Notes under the pieces: generated by a model
Seen by the model: only the letters and a program-made list of their open reading frames with translations
Told to the model about the DNA's origin: nothing
Databases searched by the model: none
Part shown: positions 32,340 to 40,148 of the stretch, piece by piece
Layout: each line of letters begins with the position of its first letter
Position numbering within the stretch: the stretch's first letter is position 1
Assembly (NCBI RefSeq): GCF_001194135.2
Contig: NC_069001.1
Span: 22,099,059-22,139,206 of the forward strand
Length of the DNA stretch: 40,148 nucleotides
Direction: 5' to 3'
DNA from: Octopus bimaculoides
Lineage: Eukaryota
Translations under genes and position numbers: made by a program

Positions 32340-33880
32340 AAAGAATAATGGAAATGGTTTAGAGACAGCTAAAACAATAAAACACTGTCTTCTGTCTTCA
32401 TGGAAAATACTACATTCAGAATAGATGATTGCTTGTCAAAGAGTCCTAAAATAAATGAAGAAACAGCAAATTTAAAAGGGGAGCCTACTATTCACTCCTA
32501 CAGCTGCTAATCCTGCATCCTTTCAAACAACACGCTTGCAGCATTACACCTGCTATCGTGTATTCTGAATCTTCATCAACTATCTCCACTGTGTCACACA
32601 GTTCTGATCTCCCCGTGCACACCCTACCGGAGAGACCAGAAAGTCAGCCGATGAAGACGGCGTTGGAGACACAAATAGCAATTTCAGAAGTTCATTTACC
32701 GAACGAGACTCATAACCCCATTTCAAAGAATTTACCAAAGCACTTGGTCAGAGATCATGGTTTCACAGAGTTCAATGCCAACCTTTTTACATCTAGATTT
32801 GATCTGAGAGACTGATTAGATGTATGTGTTCAAACCACAAATCCAAAGGAGAGCCCAATTTTTTTTTTTCAAGGATCTTCACAAAATTGTCTCTTCTTTG
32901 TTTTCTGTCTGTTCGAAGCAATCAGATTCACTGTAACCCAAAACACTGGACCCTATTCATTGACATCTCAACTAATAATTTCAAAGCTATGTTGTTTAAT
33001 GGGTGTATGGAATGGACTCTTCCGCCGCCTCATTTAGTGCATACCTAAGAAAATTTCAACATCTTCTGTATATTGCTAGATGCCATGATGTACTGTGAGT
33101 ATAGCTAACAGGTTATAAGATGCCTCAAAATGCTGGCCCTCGTGATAGAACTCAAAGTCAGTTTCAACTATTTTAGCTGCTATTTTGCCATTGAGGCAGC
33201 AGAGATACTGCACTCCACTATCAGGGGCCACAGACCAAGCAGTTTGTAGTGAGGAGCAACGTCATGTGTCAACCATTGGTGGATTCCAGTAGGTAACATA
33301 AAATTGGGTTTTCTGAAAGACTGCTTGCGGTACCTGATATGAGGTCAGCAAGGTTTAAGACCCTTCAGGACTTCTATCCTATGTTGTCTGAAGCACCTGT
33401 CAAAGCGGGTCTTTCTGTCAGACTACTGACAAAAGGGATAGTCAACAGCAAGGAATTCTTCAAGATTATCAGCAGGATCAAGACAACGGCTGGGATGTTT
33501 TTTGGTAGGAAATTATGTAATTCTGGTGAAGATTAGCAGGAAAACGGATTGCTGGTTGTCCCTGAAGTTTCATATCTTTAAAGCTCATCTTAATAAATTC
33601 AAGAGGGTGTGAGTGTAACCATAAATGCAAATTGTATGCTTCCAACAGGCGATACTGGATTTTGACCGCCGTTATCAAGGAAGTTGCTGAAAAGCGACAA
33701 TAATTTGCATCACAAAGCTGTATATTATTGATTTCTAATGTTTTTTGCTCACTTTCTTATAACCTAAATATAAATATATATCAGTTTTGATTCATATATT
33801 TTTTAAAGATCTCATATCAATGAAATTGTGCCAATTATTTCTCATAGGAAATAATTACATTTCAAAATATTATTTACAAA
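32340..33880 (+). mobile_element. Decayed Chapaev3-like (CMC superfamily) DNA transposon
   Basis: Fragmented frames read YSESSSTISTVSHSSDLPVHTLPERP, KHLVRD...ANLFTSR, HWTLFIDISTNNFKAMLFNG, FKTLQDFYPMLSEAPVKAG, LSLKFHIFKAHLNKFK and FQQAILDFDRRYQG. They correspond in order to the EWRLFIDSSK.SLKAVLLHNG...LSEAK.K.G...MSLK.H.L..HLD.F...RFHQDI..E.RYQG motifs of this family. TIRs not identified. Confidence 0.8.
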
Positions 33881-34717
33881 TAACGAAAATGTTTTGAGAA
33901 AATAATCACCAGTTTCTCTATACAACAATACTCAGTAATAAAAACGGCTTTTCAAAGATTCGATCAGTGCCTGCATCGTTCGCTCCACTTCTCTGGTTTT
34001 TGTTGAAATACATTTGTAGATAATTGTTTTTTTGTGTCCTTCTGTACTCCCTCAGGAATGTTAAGGAATACTATTCTGCCATTCTTTGTTAAGTGCGCTT
34101 TCGTGTTACTTAACGTTTTTTTCTGTCAACTCAACTTTCTCCATTTTTTAACATGCTTGTGAGAAAACGTTCCCATTCTGCTTTAAAATATGAACGGCCC
34201 CAGTTTTCGTTTTATTAATGCTTGTGTTGGTGGTGGTAGTGGTGGTGGTGGTGGTGGTGGTGGTGGTGTTGGGACGGTGGTGGAGGTTCTGCTTGCGTCG
34301 TTTATAAATCCGGCTCGCCACTGCTGCTGTTGCTTCTGTTGTTGTTGCTGTTGTTGTCTGTGATTTATCTCTCGACTACGTCAACTAGGGTAGAAAAACA
34401 ATGTCATAATGGTTGTTCGAACAGCCCTAATTTCCCCCTATTTGAGAAACCATATTTTGTTTTGGTTTGAAATGTTAAATTTTATATTTTAAATCTCGAA
34501 ATTTGTCTTTAATGTGTGAACCGTCGCCAAACCACCTCGCCAGAAGTTCAAATACCAACAAAAATTTGAATACCAACAAATATAATAACAAATTCTAACG
34601 AAAGCTTACTAGCCACGGACAAGGGTCGCATTGGTGACTTGTAGAAGAGTAGCATCCTATATTCTCCAAAAATCCCAAGAAAAATTCTTGAGATTTGAGG
34701 AAGTTCCTTCTAAACAT

Positions 34718-34770
34718 AAATAATAATAATAATACTAATACTAATAATAATAATAATTATTATTATTATT

Positions 34771-34819
<49 letters not shown>

Positions 34820-34941
34820 GTAACAATAACAACAATAACAACAGCAATAAAATCAAAAACAACAAAAACAACAGCAGTAACAAGAACAAGAACAGTGACA
34901 ACATCATCATCAGCAGCAGCAGCAACAGCAACAACAACAAC
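34718..34941. repeat. Compound trinucleotide microsatellite (AAT/ATT/AAC/AGC)
   Basis: Direct reading; explains the poly-L/I pseudo-ORFs. Confidence 0.95.
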
Positions 34942-34944
34942 TAT

Positions 34945-35158
34945 AATCTTTTCTACTAAAGGCAAAAGACCTGAAATTAGAGGGAAGGTATATTGTTGAT
35001 TATATCCACCCCAGTATTTCACTGGTACTTAATTCATCGACCGCCAAAGGATAAAAGGAATAGTCGATCTCGGTGGAATGTGAGCTCATAACATAGCGAA
35101 GGGCGAAATACCGCTGAGCATTTCGTCCAGCGTGTAACCATTCTGCCAGTTCGCTGCT
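34945..35158 (-). mobile_element. OR1-like/Meta SINE, reverse, CCTTTAGTAGAAAAGATTAT tail
   Basis: The reverse complement has head GCAGCGAACTGGCAGAATGGTTAC, the family body and tail GCCTTTAGTAGAAAAGATTAT. Confidence 0.8.
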
Positions 35159-35167
35159 CTAGCAATA

Positions 35168-35357
<190 letters not shown>

Positions 35358-35943
35358 GGAGATGAGTATTGACTTTTAATTTTGGCACAAGGACAGCAAG
35401 TGTGGAGTAGGTCTAAGTCGATTATATCGACCCCCAATGCCCAGGTGGTCTTTGCCTTTCGAGAGCCCAACGAGGTCCAGGCTTTATTCAGTTTGAACTT
35501 TCTTACAAAACCATCACAATTGAACTGATTAAATATCTTCAGAGAAATAATAACTGGATGCTAAAACTCGTTGAAAATCACGGGAGGTGGCGGAGATGAG
35601 TTATCACCCCTTAAAACTCTCACATATTAATGGTAGCTATATGAATCAAACGAAAGGGTAAAACGGTATTAATCCGAACAAATAACAAAAATATATCATG
35701 TTCTATTACATCGATATATATACAATAGTGAGAAGGAGAACATATATTTGTGGTGCGAGAATGGGAAACTAGAAAGAAGAAATGTAGAATACGAATGAAA
35801 TTGAGAAACAAAAGAAAACAAAGAAGGTGAGGGTATATATATATATTTGTTGTTTTCTTCACAGTTAAATGTAGATAGCATTTCAGAGAGGGATGTTGAT
35901 TCAATGTTTCTAATGGTATAATAAATAGCATTAAAATATTTTA

Positions 35944-36322
35944 GGCCCAGGCGTGGCTATGTGGTAACAAGCGTGCTTCGAGGTTCAGTCTAACTGCGTG
36001 ACACCTTGGGCAAATGTTTCTACTCTAGCCTCGGGCCGATCAAATCCTCGTGAGTTGATTTGGTAAACGGAAACTTAAAGAAGCCCGTCGTATATATGCA
36101 TATACGAGTATATGTATATGTGCGTGTGTTTTGTGTTTATGTTTGTCTCCTACCACGGCTTTACAACCGGTGCTGGTGTGTTCACGTTCCTATAACTGCT
36201 AAGTGATCGATAGAATAAATACCGAGCTTTAAAGCGTACTGGGGTCGATTCATTCAACTAAAAATCCTTCAAAGTGGTGCCCCAGCATGACCGCAGCCTA
36301 ATGACGGAAATAAGTAAAAGAT
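35944..36322 (+). mobile_element. OR2-like CORE SINE
   Basis: GGCGTGGCTATGTGGTAA...CACCTTGGGCAAATG...GGAAACTTAAAGAAGCCCGTCG...GTGGTGCCCCAGCATGACCGCAGCC...GTAAAAGA. Confidence 0.85.
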
Positions 36323-37432
36323 AATAGACAAAAGATATTACTAAAAGTATTAGGTGTAATGGTAAGATCAAAGTGGTAAAACCTGCTTCCGTCAAATAGA
36401 ATTACGTTCAGTAATTATTGTAAAACGAAACGGATACACTATTCTATCAATCTTTCATTGGCATCATTTACTGTGCCATGCTCATGCTCGCGCGATGCCT
36501 TCAAGAACATTTTGATGTTGATATCAACACAAGTAGTAATTTAAGCCAGTACTTATTTAATAATATCTATTTGATGATCTATTAGGTTACATACCAGAAA
36601 GGAACCTCAACAAAATTGTTTTAGCATTGATGTCACAATCTCATGGGGTGGTACAGTCGAAAGGCATTGCTCCTTACTCCAGATGCAGTAAGTAAATTTT
36701 TAAAAAAATGGTGTTAAATAAACACTTGATATGCACATGATGGATATTCTTTGATCAAATCCTTGTCTGCTTTGCTTTGACACCAATCCCAGAATCAGGT
36801 GGTCTGCGAAGCGAACGTTTTACCACACAACCAAGGCTATGTCTAAATGTGTGTTTTTATTTTCAATAAAACTATATTATAAAGCTATGTTAAATATTTT
36901 AAATACTTATCCGATCTTTAACTGTAATTGGATCAAAGTAAATCCGACAAAGAACGATTGAATAACTTCACAATTCGAGAAAGAAAAATGCGTAAATGAA
37001 TAAAATGAAAGAAGCAAAACGATGAATAAATAAATCATTCATGAAACCAATCAGTTTAATTTAGGCGAAGCCTAACAGAAGCTATGCCAAAGAAAAGGAA
37101 AATGAAATTAAAGAAGCCAAAAAATATTTTTTTAAAAGTAAAGAATATTGAAAATAAATGCAGAATGTTAAAGAGATTTCTATAAACTGTTCAACTTGAT
37201 TTGAAGCCAAAGTATTATGACTCCTGTGATGTTTACTGTCTGCCAGTAAAATGTAGTACATTAAAATGGAATTCAAAGGAAAACGTTTACATCTGCACTT
37301 GTAAGATTTACGTTCAAAGCAAACTTCATGTGATAGTAATTTATGAATTGATTACAGGGATCAAAGAGCATTTTAATTTGGAGAAAATATGAAATCGGCT
37401 GCTGGAAACGAAATATCAAATTTCAAATGCTG

Positions 37433-37443
37433 ACACACACACG

Positions 37444-37518
<75 letters not shown>
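37433..37518. repeat. (CA)n microsatellite
   Basis: Direct reading. Confidence 0.97.
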
Positions 37519-37520
<2 letters not shown>

Positions 37521-37793
37521 TGTTGCCCGTTGTGGATGCTATTTATTCTGCTCGAATTTTAAAAGGAATGATTTCGTATTTCTTGGCAATAGGAGCTTAA
37601 GGTTTAGCTTTATTGCAACTGACTGTGAAATATAACTAGATAACTGCACTGTATACGCAGTTCTCCAAGGTATCTCCGAATGCAATTGTATATCAGATCG
37701 CAGTGATTATATTTTTACGTCCTTCTACACCTATGAATCGCACCTGAAAATTTATTACTTGAGATATACTTTATATATCCTTTGTATATCTGT

Positions 37794-37900
37794 TTTTACG
37801 GCCATATCACGATGAAAATACCGGTTCTCGTCCGATCATCGAAGGTGAGAAACATCGAGCCTAGTAACTACTTAGATGGGTGACCTACGTGCTGTAAACA
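37794..37900 (+). pseudogene. 5S rRNA pseudogene (internal deletion near 3' end)
   Basis: TACGGCCATATCACGATGAAAATACCGGTTCTCGTCCGATCATCGAAGGTGAGAAACATCGAGCC...TACTTAGATGGGTGACC[deletion]GTGCTGTAAAC matches the metazoan 5S sequence as remembered. The A box is degenerate, the CCTGGGAATACC segment is mostly missing, and TTTT follows at 37903-37906. Confidence 0.9.
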
Positions 37901-39397
37901 TCTTTTATACACTGGTGGTGCCCCGGCATGACAACCTTAGGGTTGAAACTTATAAAAGAATATGAAAGCTGTACAGATGTTTTAACAGACGATACATTGA
38001 AAAATGCAATAACAATATGAAGACTAATTTAAATATTTCTGTAGAAGAGATACGGATACAATCTAAAGAAAAAAGACATCAAATAATATAGTCATGGTAG
38101 AAGAATACATTTAATCGTTGGTGTACTAAATGTACAATGAAAACAAAAAGGAAACAACAGCTATAACTATATTCAAAATGAGGATCCGTTGCTTCAAAAC
38201 TAAATAAGTTGAACAATGCACAACGGTTAACTAAATATACTCTTTTTTTAAATATATAGTGCTACTACTTCTTACTGAGAAGATCAGTAAATATATTTAA
38301 GTATGGTCTAATTTATTTATTATTAAGTGAAAGTGGGACAGAGACGGCCAAATGCGTTGGACACGAAATGTGGCATTGCACCTTATGCATCAAATTTAAC
38401 ATTATGTAAGCAATCAATAAGTCATCGGCTGATTTGATACCATGTCATGTTGTGATTATTTGTTTATTGTTGAATTGCATTCCTTTCTATCCAAAGTGTA
38501 AATAGTAACGAAACAACGAATGCTCATCTGCTGGTTACATGACTTTGCTAGAAACAGCTACGCATCTCATTTATTTTATCATACTATCTTCAATAATCAA
38601 AAATAAATAAATAAAAGAGGACAGTGAAAACTGAAATATCTTTTGTCCCCATTTTGTGCTATGAGACTATGAGAGCTGATTTCGAGGTAAACATCAACGA
38701 CAACACCGACTACTACAACCCCTCACTACTGTCATTTACTTCAGCACCACTGAATATGTTACATTACAGAATATATTTTGATAAAGTAAGTGATTTGACC
38801 ACATTTTGGTGAGCTAATATGACGAAAAACGTTTACTATTTTTAACGTTGTTTATATCACATTATTGTACCATCAATTCGTGTTCATAAGAGCAACTAGA
38901 AATATCAGCTACATCTCCCTCGAATAACACAAGTGTAAGAGATACATATGCAATATATTTCCAGCCATTATTATCCCAAAGAAGATGAGACGGTTAGCGC
39001 TGAAAAGCTTTTGATCAGGTCTCCTCCATAACAGCAGTATAGATGTATTCACTCTTGGAAAGTTTAAAATGATTACGGGTATATATATATATATATATAT
39101 ATATATNNNNNNNNNNNNNNNNNNNNNNNNNNNNNNNNNNNNNNNNNNNNNNNNNNNNNNNNNNNNNNNNNNNNNNNNNNNNNNNNNNNNNNNNNNNNNN
39201 NNNNNNNNNNNNNNNNNNNNNNNNNNNNNNNNNNNNNNNNNNNNNNNNNNNNNNNNNNNNNNNNNNNNNNNNNNNNNNNNNNNNNNNNNNNNNNNNNNNN
39301 NNNNGAACAAGCAAGAAAAAACACGAAAAAACAACAACGTGAGGACGTCGAATAAGTACAGTGTTATTGGACGCTCAGGAAAGGAAAGAAAAGAAAG

Positions 39398-39438
<41 letters not shown>

Positions 39439-39493
39439 TATTTTGATGCAATGGCCAACTGTACAGAATCCTTTTTAATATTTAAAATGATGA

Positions 39494-39705
39494 ATGCGGT
39501 GAGCTGGTAGAATCGTTAGAACGCGGGGCAAAATGCTTAGCGGCATTTCGTCCGTCTTTACGTACTGAGTTCAAATTCCACCGACATTGACTAAGCCTTT
39601 CATCCTTTCGAAGTCGATCAAATAAGTACTAGTTGAGCACTGGGATCGATTTCAATGACTTGGCTCCTCCCCAAAAACTTTTAGCCTTGTGTCAAAATCC
39701 GAAAC
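39494..39705 (+). mobile_element. OR1-like/Meta SINE with a 14-bp TSD (1 mismatch)
   Basis: ATTTAAAATGATGA (39480-39493) / ATTTAAAATGTTGA (39706-39719); head GCGGTGAGCTGGTAGAATCGTTAG, B box GAGTTCAAATTC, tail GCCTTGTGTCAAAATCCGAAAC. Confidence 0.88.
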
Positions 39706-40099
39706 ATTTAAAATGTTGATACACATTTTAATAAGCATGCTGTATAGTGACATTCTCCGTTGAAAGTACAGAAAATCTTTAAATTTCAGCTCGTCTTACA
39801 CCTACTTTTGTAGAGAGATCAAGCAGGTATGACGTTACTATGCTCATATGTTCCCCCTAGCCTAGGTCCACCACAATATCTGTTTCTATAAGGCAACATT
39901 TTCATGGAACGTGTCATTCTTTTCCATTCTGTACCCAAACATACAATATATTTATGGCATAGAAATAATATCAAATATTAATAAATTTCTAATATAACTT
40001 CTAAATATAACAAACCTATGAGTTTAGTAATTAAACTGACATACGAAGCATGTAGGTTCTGTTAAATATATATATGCAAGTGTGCGTGTGCATGAATTA

Positions 40100-40148
<49 letters not shown>

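Noticed and set aside
34710-35022. Poly-Leu/Ile/Asn ORFs
   Set aside because: Translations of trinucleotide microsatellites.

Overview
AT-rich, repeat-dominated eukaryotic DNA, most likely an octopus (coleoid cephalopod) intronic or intergenic region. This inference rests on ~20 copies of two tRNA-derived SINE families resembling Octopus OR1/OR2, abundant (TA)n/(GT)n/(TATC)n/(AAT)n microsatellites, and six N gaps (2485-2972, 8913-9147, 12638-12826, 14487-14578, 18345-18463, 39107-39304). No intact host protein-coding gene can be supported, and most ORF-track entries are microsatellite or gap artefacts. Recognisable decayed mobile elements: a full-length DD37D (maT) Tc1/mariner with both TIRs (866-2069); a Neptune-type Penelope-like element (PLE) with a hammerhead ribozyme motif, joined 5'-to-5' to a Poseidon-type PLE (~2170-4500); a second, inverted copy of that Poseidon family (~11400-12637); an R4/Dong-like RLE non-LTR fragment (~20040-20860); a Chapaev3-like transposase relic (~32340-33880); several foldback/MITE elements (two carrying TTAGGG-like repeats); a possible solo LTR; and a 5S rRNA pseudogene followed by a SINE-type 3' tail. 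The most interesting signals are the PLE hammerhead with the two-clade PLE junction, the 5S+SINE-tail chimera, modular 3' tail swapping within one SINE family, and the telomere-repeat-bearing foldback family. Family names are assigned from remembered motifs, not from a database search. Most coordinates for decayed repeats are approximate.
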